Origin: Octopus vulgaris
Lineage: Eukaryota
Assembly (NCBI GenBank): GCA_951406725.2
Contig: OX597815.1
Span: 152,396,001 to 152,460,000, forward strand
Reading direction: 5' to 3'
DNA: 64,000 bases
Within the stretch, counting starts at the first letter, position 1. Every line of letters begins with the position of its first letter. Under the pieces are notes generated by a model. That model saw only the letters and a program-made list of their open reading frames with translations. It was not told the DNA's origin and searched no databases. This document shows, piece by piece, positions 49,414 to 61,801 of this stretch. The position numbers were made by a program, and so were the translations under genes.

Positions 49414-51340
49414 TATATAACTGAGAATGCATGTATGTGTGTGTGTAAATGTGAGTCTGTCTGTATGTGTGCATCTCTAAAATTTTAGAACTACCCAAAG
49501 GATTTCATTCAAATTTCACACAGGCCTTACTTAAGGTTCATGCAGTGTCATGGGCCAAAACAATTTTCATCTTCTTGCCTAATGTGATCCTGGAGCAATC
49601 TCTTATCTCTTACACTATTTCAGTAATACTTGTCAAACGTGAAACAATAAAATCGCTATTGTAATGTGAGTTAATACTTTCACTGTGATATATTTATGTA
49701 TGTATATGTCTGTATATATATATGCACATATATGTATGCATGTATATGTATGTTTACATGTATATGCATATATATCAGATCCGATTAGAGCCTGGTGCAG
49801 CCTTCTGGCTTGCCAGTCCTCTGTTAGACCGTCCAGTCAATGCCAGAATGGAAAACGTATATTAAACGAAAGACACCATCATAAATACCAACTCTACTCT
49901 GTGTGTGTGTGTGTTTGTGTGTGCATGCGTGTGTGTATGTGCATGTGTGTCTGAGCAAGTGTAAAATATGCAAATACTCATACTTTGAGATCTATATTTC
50001 CTATTTGCACCAGCATACATATATATGTGTGTGTGTGTGTGTTTCTGTGTGTGTGTATGAATGTATGTATGTATGTATGCATGTATGTATGTATGTATGT
50101 ATACATGCAGATTTGTTTGTTTTGTTTTATGTATGCATTCTCATATATATTAGTCACATATCTAGACATGCTCATATAAATTTAAATGATAAACCTCTGG
50201 AAAGTTTTAGAGATTTTTACAGTTCCAGTGGATCTGTAGTTTTTGAATAAGTTTTCTCCTTTCTGGTTTGGAGAAGTCCAATTTCTTAAGATTGGTATTT
50301 ATGCTGTGTGTTACATATTCCAGTGCCCCAATAATTACAGGTATAAAAAAGTGTGTGTGTGTATGTGTGTGATTGTGTGTGTATGTCTATAAGCATGTAC
50401 AAATGTGTATCTCTATGTGCATTTATGTATGTGAGGTCGATGAAAACGACTTTCCCACTGGCCTTTAATTGCTGGTTTTGTGCGAAAATTTGAAGCCAAT
50501 ATTACTGAAATCTCATAAAGTATCTACTGAGTTTAGCACAGTTGGTGAAATGGATAAATTAGAATACAATAGAGTTAATATTGGACCAAAACAGGGAAAT
50601 ATATTATTATGTTGGTATAAACAGGTGAGTTAATGACAATATTTCTGCTTTGTTTTGCAGGTGAGTTAATGACATTATTTTTGCTTGTTTTACATCTTTA
50701 CTAGGTTTACTGATAGGTTATTAGTGTTGTTATTCTTTAGCCAGATATCTGTCATAATCTAGCAGACTTATGATAAAAAGTGTCCCGAGTGTGAACAGCC
50801 TGCCCTTTTTCACTTCGTTTAAATTGTTAAATACATTAAATATATTTTAGTATCAAAGTATCAAACTTTCATTTGCTACTAAGGTAAGAATACGTTTTCT
50901 GTCTTCAAGATTAGATACAGGCTGCAAGATGCAAAATAATAAATCATAGTGTTATTCTTATTCATCATCTACTTCCATGCTCCCATCAATTAGCTGGGTC
51001 ATCAATGTCCAAGTCAGTTCTTATTCAGAGTTAACATCCACTTTGACTGCTTCAGGTACACACGCATCTCACTTAAATATTCTGGATTTTCTTTAACAAG
51101 ATACCCTTCTTAACGCCAACCATTTTATAAAGGATATTGCATATGTTTTATTGCAACACGGACACTAATAAGATTGTCATCATCATCACTATTTAAAATT
51201 GTTCTCCAGAAGTTCTTCTTGATTTATCATCATATGAAGATGTAAGTTTTTTTACAGTAGTTTGATGTTTGATATGAGATATCATCTCTCGCCGAAGTAT
51301 CTTTCAAGAATGTCTCAGGTTAAAATATTTATTATAGTCT

Positions 51341-51377
<37 letters not shown>

Positions 51378-51382
<5 letters not shown>

Positions 51383-51835
51383 AATGTCACTGCTTGTGTA
51401 CCGTTGGCGATTTTTTTTCCTATGTTTTCTCTTCTCTGGATCTTTCCTTCTCCTATGTCTCCGAGGAAGAGCTCAGGATCTTTCCTTCCCCTATGTTTCC
51501 GAGGAAGAGCTCCCTACTTCTTTCCTTCTTTCCTGAGCTTCCAATAATACTATATTTGTTCCACATCCTCGCGTTGTGTTTTTTTGTACTTTCATGTTTG
51601 GATTAAGTATATGTATCTATATACATATATATATATATATATGTAGTTTATCCAAACAAGAAAACACAGGAAAAAAGAGAAAAAAAAGGAAAAAAAAACA
51701 CAACAACGCAGGACGTGGAACAATTAAAGTATTATTGACGCTCAGGAAAGAAGGGAAGGAGGGTTTAACGTTTCGAGCGGAGCTCTTCGTCGGAAACAAG
51801 GAGAAGGAAAGATCCCAAAGAGGGAAGACAGAGTA
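51378..51835. mobile_element. Penelope-like element terminal fragments in inverted orientation around (TA)n
   Basis: 51430-51605 is the diverged reverse complement of 51647-51832 (tttcctgagc/gctcaggaaa, ttgttccac/gtggaacaa, gatctttccttctcc/ggagaaggaaagatc). It carries a hammerhead-like motif. Confidence 0.65.
51763..51798 (-). ncRNA. Putative minimal hammerhead ribozyme, U4C core variant
   Basis: The minus strand reads tgttt-CCGACGA-a-gagc-tcc-gctc-GAAA-cgtta-aac, with a palindromic stem III AACGTT. Confidence 0.5.
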
Positions 51836-52329
51836 GAAAATATTTGAGCTGGTGGTGCTTAAGAGATCACATGTTAACTTAGATTGCATGTATCTGTGGG
51901 TGTAAATGCGTGTCTATCTATCTGTATGTATGCAACACTAAAACCCGAGATCTAGCCAACTGATGTCATTCATATTTCACACATGCCTTAGTTACGGTCC
52001 ATGCAGTGTCATGGGTCAAACAAATTTTCAACTTCTTGCCTAATGTGATTCTGGAGCAATCTCTTACCCTGTTTAGGTATTACTTGTCAAAAGTGAAACA
52101 ATAAAATCGCTATTGTAATGTGAGTTAATACTTTCACTGTGATATATTTACATATGTATATGTATATATATGCATATTATATGTATGCATGTATATGTAT
52201 GTTTACATATATAAACATACATATCAGATCAGATTGGAGTCTGGGGCAGCCTTCTGGCTTGCCAGCCCGAAGTCAGAATTCAGCATGGAAAGCGGATATG
52301 AAATGGCAATGATAATGATGATGATGATA

Positions 52330-52367
<38 letters not shown>

Positions 52368-53240
52368 GATGATGGAGCTTCTACAATATAGATCTGTGCT
52401 GAGACATTATCATATTCTCTCTCCCTCTCTCATTCTTTTTCTACATATATATATATATATATATACGTATGTATATGTATGTAACTGAGAATGCATGTAT
52501 CTGTGCGTGTAAATGTTTGTCTGTCTACATCACTAAAATTCTAGAACTATCCAAATGATCTCATTCAAATTTCACACATGCCTTACTTACGGTCCTTACT
52601 TAAGGTCCTTACTTAAGGTCGTCGTAGTTGTGGTGGTGGTGGTGGTGGTGGTGGTGATGGTGGTGGTGATGGAGGTGGTGGTGGTGGTGGTGGTGATGAT
52701 GGTGATGATGGTGATGGTGGTGGTGATGATGATTATAATGATGATGATGATGATGATGATGATGAGATATCATCACTTACAGGAGTATCTTCCCAGAATG
52801 TCTCAGGCTAGAATAAGTATGATAGTCTCTCTCCCTCTCTCTCCTTCTCTCTTTCTCTCTCGATATATATATATATATATATATATTAGATATATATATA
52901 TATATATGTAACTGAGAATGAGTGTATCTGTGCGTGTAAATGTTTGTCTGTCTGCATCACTAAAATTCTAGAACTATCCAAATGATTTCATTCAAATTTC
53001 ACACATGCCTTACTTCAGGTCCATACAGTATCATGAGCCAAACAAATTTTCAACTTCTTGCTTAATGTGATCATGGATCAATCTCTTATCTCTTACACTA
53101 TTTCAGTATTACTTGTCAAAAGTGAAACAATAAAATCACTATTGTAATGTGAGTTAATACTTTCACCGTGATATATCTATGTGTGTATATGCATATATAT
53201 TTATACAAATACAGATATGTTTACATATATATGCATGCAT

Positions 53241-55737
53241 ATCAGATCAGATTGGAGCCTGGTGCAGCCTTTAGGCTTGCCAGCCTTCATTCAGACCTCA
53301 GCATCGAAATTGGATATTAAAAAACAATGATGATGATGAGGATGACGATGATAATGATGACGATCATCATCATCATCATCATAATAATCAAAGACAGGGT
53401 TACTTACTAGAACATCAATGTTGGTTTTGGTAAAGTATGAGGCTCAATAAGAAAATCTCAACAAATATTTGAAAGTCTAACTGCGATATCATTTGGTCAG
53501 TGTTGCTGTGAATGTTCATAAAAGGTAAAAATTTAGATTAATAATTATAGCTTTTTGTGTGAATGTGAATGCTGGTAAATTTTACTATGAATTAAAACTC
53601 TTAAAATTATGAATTTCAGACATATATATAAACGAACAGCCAAGTACAACAGATCAAAGTACATCACAGCCACATGGTGAGTATAAAACTGAAGTACCAA
53701 ATTGATTTCGATTAGTTTTCCCTTGAGGACTAGCATTTCTCAGTTTTTCTTGCATCCCAGAAAATTAGACAGTTCTTACTGCTCTTATGATGTGTTTATT
53801 CATTCAAGAAGACATGTTGAGAAGTGATGACAGAAGAATAATGAGGATGCAGGGAGTGAAAGTTGTGAGAAAATGAGGATAAGAATGGTGATTTGAAAGA
53901 GAGGTGGAGAATGACAAGACTGAGTGACTGTTAGTTGTGAACCAACAGAAATGATTAATGATGTATTAACATCTTTGGAAACTGACAATTAAAGTCAAAA
54001 GTACTTATAAGAACATCATTTTCAGCTTTCTAATGTAGGAGATTCAATAACAAATCTAAAGTGAAAATGATTTTAACTAGTAAAAATTGTTAAAGATAAT
54101 TTCATTTGTTTACAAAATCGTCCTCCACAAGGTCTTCTTGATTTATCATCTTATGAAGATGTCAGATATTTACGGTAGTCTGATGTGTGATATGAGATAT
54201 CATCACTTACAGGAGTATCTTCCCAGAATGTCTCAGGCTAGAATGAGTATGATAGTCTCTCTTTCTCTCTCTCCATATATATATATATATCTATATATGT
54301 AACTGAGAATGCATGTATCTGTGCGTGTAAATGTTTGTCTCTCTGCATCACTAAAATTCTAGAACTATCAAAATGATTTCATTCAATTTCACACATGCCT
54401 TACTTAAGGTCCATGCAGTATCATGGGCCAAACAAATTTTCAACTTCTTGCTTAATGTGATCCTGGAGCAATCTCTTATCTCTAACACTATTTCAGTATT
54501 ACTTGTCAAAAGTGAAACAATAAAATCACTATTGTAATGTGAGTTAATACTTTCACTGTGATATATCTATGTATGTATATGTATATATATGCATATATAT
54601 GTATACAAATATATATATGTTTACATATATATGCGTACGTATCAGATCAAATTGGAGCCTGTTGCAGCCTTTAGGCTTGCCAGCCTTCAGTGAGACCTCA
54701 GCATCGAATGCGGATATTAAGCAAAAATGATGATGATGATAATGATGATGATGATGATGGTGATGGTGGTGGTGGTGGTCGTCGTCGTCATCGTCATCGT
54801 GGTCGTCGTCATCGTCATCGTCATCGTGGTCGTCGTTGTGGTGGTGGTGATGGTGATGATGGTGATGATGGTGGTGTTGATGGTGATGATGGTGATGATG
54901 ATGATGGTGATGATGGTGATGATGGTGGTGATGATGATGATCATGATGATGATGATGATGATGATCATGATGAAGATGATGATGATGATGATGAAGATGA
55001 TGATGATGATGATGGTGGTGTTGGTAGTTGTGGTTGAGGTTGTGGTGGTGGTGGTGGTGGTGATGGTGGTAGTCGTGGTGGTGGTTGTGGTGATGGTGAT
55101 GATGGTGATGATGGTGATGATGATGATGATGATGTGGAACTTCTACAATACAGATCTCTGCTGAGACAATCATATTCACTGTACTGAATGTCACTTATTT
55201 TTGGGTCAGATTTTATACAATTTATATAAATATCTAGTATTGCAATGTCAGACAGAGTTTTTTTTTGTATTACATATACAACCTGTTAACATGATAATGA
55301 ATCAGATATTATTCATTAACTGATTTACATTTGTATGTCTGAAATTTAACCTGATTTTATCATAGCATCATCTTGTACCCTCACCCAACAGATTTAAACC
55401 TTATTACCATCTGTGTAAGTAATTCTACTGTTTGTCTTGTGCACAGAACCACTTCTCTACAAACTGGGATTATTGACTTCAATAGTCCAATAATGTCCAG
55501 ATGTTATTGTTTCCTGAAACAATATGTGAAACATTTCTGTATAGTTATGATACTATTTAGGTATATTTTATAAAGCATTACTGTGACCTTTTGTAATTAG
55601 TTTGTTTTAATTAATATCAGATCAGATTGGAGCCTGGTGCAGCCTTTAGGCTTGCCAGCCTTCAGTCAGACCTCAGCATCGAAATTGGATATTAAAAAAC
55701 AATGATGATGATGAGGATGACGATGATAATGATGACG

Positions 55738-55770
<33 letters not shown>

Positions 55771-56649
55771 GACAGGGTTACTTACTAGAACATCAATGTT
55801 GGTTTTGGTAAAGTATGAGGCTCAATAAGAAAATCTCAACAAATATTTGAAAGTCTAACTGCGATATCATTTGTCAGTGTTGCTGTGAATGTTCATAAAA
55901 GGTAAAAATTTAGATTAATAATTATTGCTTTTTTTGTGAATGTGAATGCTGGAAAATTTTACTATAAATTAAAACTCTTAAAATTATGAATTTCAGACAT
56001 ATATAGATTTGGACAGCCAAGTACAACAGGTCAAAGTACATCACAGCCACATGGTGAGTATAAAACTGAAGTACCAAATTGATTTCGATCAGTTTTCCCT
56101 TGAGGACTAGCATTTCTCAATTTTTCTTGCATCCCAGAAAATTAGACAGTTCTTACTGCTCTTATGATGTGTTTATTCATTCAAGGTGACATGTTGAGAA
56201 GTGATGACAGAAGAATACTGAGGATGCAGGGAGTGAAAGTTGTGAGAAAATGAGGATAAGAATGGTGATTTGAAAGAGAGGTGGAGAATGACAAGACTGA
56301 GTGACTGTTAGTTGTGAACCAACAGAAATGATTAATGATGTATTAACATCTTTGGAAACTGACAATTAAAGTCAAAAGTACTTATAAGAACATCATTTTC
56401 AGCTTTCTAATGTAGGAGATTCAATAACAAATCTAAAGTGAAAATGATTTTAACTAGTAAAAATTGTTAAAGATAATTTCATTTGTTTACAAAATCGTCC
56501 TCCACAAGGTCTTCTTGATTTATCATCTTATGAAGATGTCAGATATTTACGGTAGTCTGATGTGTGATATGAGATATCATCACTTACAGGAGTATCTTCC
56601 CAGAATGTCTCAGGCTAGAATGAGTATGATAGTCTCTCTCTCTTTCTCT

Positions 56650-56688
<39 letters not shown>

Positions 56689-57890
56689 ACTGAGAATGCA
56701 TGTATCTGTGCGTGTAAATGTTTGTCTCTCTGCATCACTAAAATTCTAGAACTATCCAAATGATTTCATTCAAATTTCACACATGCCTTACTTAAGGTCC
56801 ATGCAGTATCATGGGCCAAACAAATTTTCAACTTCTTGCTTAATGTGATCCTGGAGCAATCTCTTATCTCTAACACTATTTCAGTATTACTTGTCAAAAG
56901 TGAAACAATAAAATCACTATTGTACTGTGAGTTAATACTTTCACTGTGATATATCTATGTATGTATATGTATATATATGCATATATATGTATACAAATAT
57001 ATATATGTTTACATATATATGCGTACGTATCAGATCAAATTGGAGCCTGTTGCAGCCTTTAGGCTTGCCAGCCTTCAGTGAGACCTCAGCATCGAATGCG
57101 GATATTAAGCAAAAATGATGATGATGATAATGATGATGATGAGTATGGTGGTGGTCGTCGTCGTCGTCATCGTCATCGTGGTCGTCGTTGTGTTGGTGGT
57201 GATGGTGATGATGGTGATGATGGTGGTGTTGATGGTGATGATGGTGATGATGATGATGGTGATGATGGTGATGATGGTGATGATGATGATGATCATGATG
57301 ATGAAGATCATGATGAAGATGATGATGATGATGATGGTGGTGTTGGTAGTTGTGGTTGAGGTTGTGGTGGTGGTGGTGGTGGTGGTGATGGTGGTGGTCG
57401 TGATCGTGGTTGTGGTGATGATGGTGATGATGGTGATGATGATGATGATGATGTGGAACTTCTACAATACAGATCTCTGCTGAGACAATCATATTCACTG
57501 TACTGAATGTCACTTATTTTTGGGTCAGATTTTATACAATTTATATAGATATCTAGTATTGCAATGTCAGACAGAGTTTTTTTTTGTATTACATATACAA
57601 CCTGTTAACATGATAATGAATCAGATATTATTTATTAACCGATTAACATTTGTATGTCTGAAATTTAACCCTATTTTGTCATAGCATCATCTTGTACCCT
57701 CACCCAACAGGTTTAAAACTTATTACCGTCTGTGTAAGTAGTTCTAAAGTTTTTCTTGGGCATGCAACCACTTCTCTACAAACTGGCATTATTGACTTCT
57801 ATAGTCCAATAAGGTCCAGATTTTATTGTGTACTAAAACAAAATTTGAAACATTTCTGTATATTTATGATACTATTAGGTATATTTTGTA
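53241..57890. repeat. Recent near-identical ~2.38 kb tandem duplication (53241-55615 / 55616-~57890)
   Basis: Matching ORF-track entries are offset by 2377 bp (53545/55922, 53800/56177, 54087/56464). The differences lie mostly in microsatellite lengths. Confidence 0.93.
54727..55135. repeat. (GAT/GGT/CGT)n compound trinucleotide expansion (paralogs 41013-41140, 52310-52375, 52620-52765, 57115-57455, 60168-60335)
   Basis: Read directly. It has expanded from the (GAT)n tail of an RTE 3' end carried in the array module. Confidence 0.95.
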
Positions 57891-59681
57891 ATTAGTTGGT
57901 CATAATTAACATCTTTGTCAAATGTAGTATAATGTTGGTAACATGAATAGGAGTAGATATTCCTTTTGATGTTGTTCCTATATTAACAATAACTTTACAG
58001 GACAGATTCTGTCAGTCAGACCCTGCTACACAGGTGTGAGTTCCAAGTCCTCAACATTAGATACAAGCTGCAAGATGCAAAATAATAAATACAAAATTAT
58101 TAATGATGGTGTCATTATCATTCATCATCTGCTTTCATGCTCCCATTGATTAGATGGGTCATCAATGTCCAAATCTGTTCTTATTCAGAGTTAACATCCA
58201 ATTTGACTACTTGAGGTACACACACATCTCACTTAAATACACTGGACTTTCTACAAGATACCCTTCTTAACACCGACCATTTTATAAAGGATGTTGGGTA
58301 TCTTTTGTTGTAACACAGGCACTAATAATATTGTCATCATCATCACCATTCATCCTCCATTGTCCTTGCTGGCATGGGTTGGACAGTTTGACCAGAGCTG
58401 GCAAGCTGATAGGCTGTACCAGACGCCAATGTCCACAATTAGATTGAAGGTTCCACACAAAATTACGCTGTCTCCTCTCATTCACCAATCACTTTCATGT
58501 ATGTACTGGGGCCATTTCCTCATAGTGCTACCACTGGTCATGTTGTCTTGCATCTTATAGTATTATACATATCTCGTTGCTCTCTGATGTGATTTTACAA
58601 TCATGAAGACATGTTGAAAATGTGAGAAGTTTAAGTGATAACGGAAGAATAATGAGGATGCAGGGACTGAAATTACAAGAAAATGAGGATAAGAATAATG
58701 ACTTCAGAGAGAGGTAGAGAATGCCAAGACTGACTGGTTGAAGCTGAGATACAATTATTTGTGAAATGGTTAATGATTTACTAACATCTTGAATATCCAA
58801 TAATCAAAGACAGTGTTACTTACTTGAACATCAACGTTGGCTTTGGTAAAGTATGAGGCCCAATAACAATATCTCAACAAACATTAGAAGCTATAACTGT
58901 GAAATCATTTGGTCAGTGTTGCTGTGAATGTCCCTAATTGGTAAAAGTTTAGATTAATAATTATAACTTTTTGTGTGAATGTGAATGCTGGTAAATTTTA
59001 GTATAAATTATAACAATTCATTTTATGAATTTCAGACATAGAATTGCAGTCTAGAAATGAACAGCCAGATACAACAGGTCAAAGAACATCACAGCCACAT
59101 GGTGAGTATAAAACTGAAGTACCAAATTCATTTCTATAAGTTTTCCCTTAAGCACTAGTATTGGTCAGTTTTTCTTGTGTCCCATAAAATTAGACAGTTC
59201 TTACTGCTCTTATGATGTTGTTTTTTCATTCAAGGGGACAATTTGAGAAATGATGACAGAAGAATAATGAGGTTACAAGGAGAGACATTTGTGATTTGAA
59301 AGTGAGGAGGCGAATGACAATACTGAGAGCCTGTTATTTGTGAACCAACAGAGATGATTAATGATGTATTAACATCTTGATGTGTGATAATTAAAGTCAA
59401 AAGTACTTATAAGAACATCATTTTCAGCTTTATAATTTAGGAGATTCAATAACAAATCTAAACTGAAAATGTTTGTAATAAGTAAAAATTGTTAAAGATA
59501 AATTCCTTTGTTTACAAAATTGTTCGCCAGAAGGTCTTCTTGATTTATCATCTCATGAAGATGTCAGATATTTACGGTAATCTGATGTGTGATATGAGTT
59601 ATCATCAAGTACAGGAGTATCTTCCCAGAATGTCTCAGGCTAGAATAAGTATGATAGTCTCTCTCCCTCTCTCTTTCTCTC

Positions 59682-59729
<48 letters not shown>

Positions 59730-60990
59730 TGTATATATATGTAACTGAGGATGCATGTATCTGTGCGTGTAAATGTTTGTCTCTCTGCATCACTAAAATT
59801 CTAGAACTATCCAAATGATTTCTTTCACATTTCACACATGCCTTACTTAAGGTCCATGCAGTATCATGGGCCAAACAAATTTTCAACTTCTTGCTTAATG
59901 TGATCCTGGATCAATCTCTTATCTCTTACACTATTTCAGTATTACTTGTCAAAAGTGAAACAATAAAATCACTATTGTAATGTGAGTTAATACTTTCACC
60001 GTGATATATCTATGTGTGTATATGTATATATATGCATATATATTTATACAAATACATATATGTTTAAATATATGTGCATGCATATCAGATCACATTGGAA
60101 CCTGGTGCCGCCTTTAGGCTTCCCAGCCGTCAGTCACACTTCAGCATGGAAAGCAGATATTAAACAACGATGATGATGATGGTGATGATGATGATGGTGA
60201 TGTTGGTGGTGGTTGTGGTGGTGGTGGTGGAAGTGGTGCTTGTCCTGGTGGTGGTGCTGGCGGTGGTGGTGGCGGTGGCGGCGGTGGTGGTGGTGATGGT
60301 GGTTGTGGTGTGAAAGGATGAGGAGGAGGAGGAAATTCTGCAATAGAGATCTGTGCTGGGACATAATCATATAACAGTGAAATCATTTGGTCAGCATTGC
60401 TTTGAAAGTCCTTAATTGGTAAATGTTTAGATTAATAATTATAGCTTTTTGTGTGAATTTGAATGCTGGTAAATTTTACTATAAATTATAACACTTCATA
60501 TTATGAATTTCAGTCATAGAAATGCCGATGTGTTTTATCATTCAAGGGGACACATTGAGAAGTGTTGACAGAAGAATACTGAGGATGCAGGGAGTGAAAG
60601 TTGTGAGAAAATGAGGATACAAATGGTGATTTGAAGGAGAGGTGGAGAATGATAAGACTGAATGACCATCAGTTGTGAACCAACAGAGATGATTAATGAT
60701 GTATTAACATCTTGTGAATCTGATAATTAAAGTCAAAATTACTTATAAGAGCCTATGTTTCAGCTTTCTAATGTAGGAGATTCAATAACAAATTGCAAAT
60801 AAAAACGTTTTCAACTGGTAAAATTTGTTAGAGACAATTTCATTTGGTTCCAAAATCGTTATCCAGAAGTTCTTGTTGATTTATCATCGTATGAAGATGT
60901 CACATTTTTAAGGTAGTCTGATGTTTGATATGAGATATGATCTCTTGCCGGAGTATCTTCCCAGAATGTCTCAGATTAGAATATGTATTA

Positions 60991-61801
60991 TCTATATATA
61001 TATGAAACTCAACTTGTTTGTCTGTGTGTGTGTCTGTGGGTTTAACTTTCTGGCACATCTCCTCCTAGCCAACAGATCGTAGAACCACCAAAAATGGGTC
61101 ACTTAAAGTTTAGGCGAATGAAAATTGAACTGCGCTATTTCTCTTCCAAATTCATCTCGCAATTGCAAAAATCGATAATGTGTTTGTTTAGGCCTTATCC
61201 CATGCGTTGAATAGTGAACTTTAATCAGTCAGGTTTTTGACGTGATCTGTGTTCACCACGCGTGCAAGCATGCGTAAATTGCATGAAAAATCAAAAATCA
61301 AGATATAAAAACGAATCGCCATAAACATTATAGAAATTCGGCAAAGAAATGACTTTTCGGGATATAGCCTGGAGGGTATTTTCGTATAAATCATTTGGAC
61401 TATGTGAACACATACCAATTGTTTTCATAACATTTTTAATGCTTTGAATTAAATGTAACCATTTTGCATTGAGTCTGCAGTTTGAATCCCTTTAACCAAA
61501 TTTTAGCAGGCTGGATTTTTGATCATCACGATACATCGCCAGCAGCTCCTGGATCTCTACCCTTAAATCCCCGTTAAGAAATACTAATATAAGAGAATAA
61601 TTCAACAATGCAATTATTTGATCAACAAAAATTTATAAAACGCTTCTACGTACTTCCTATTGAGGAAATAGAACACATAAGGGTATAAAATGCTTGATTT
61701 TAAAACCAAAATAATTGAATTTTGATTGAACTTCATCCAAGTTTAGCTTAATTCACGCGTGCATAGAACACAAGAGCACACGAGCCGGGCAATACTGCTA
61801 T
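60991..61801 (+). mobile_element. Non-autonomous Helitron-like element, family B, copy 2
   Basis: Same sequence and same flanks as 39855-40650. Confidence 0.7.

Noticed and set aside
54553-57513. Poly-His, poly-Asp and poly-Met/Val ORFs suggesting metal-binding proteins
   Set aside because: They come from GAT/GGT microsatellites grown from an RTE tail. They are open in several frames on both strands, with no splice or start context.
60141-60386. Proline-rich (formin or extensin-like) ORF
   Set aside because: It is the reverse translation of a (GGT/GGC)n tract homologous to the non-coding tract at 41013-41140.
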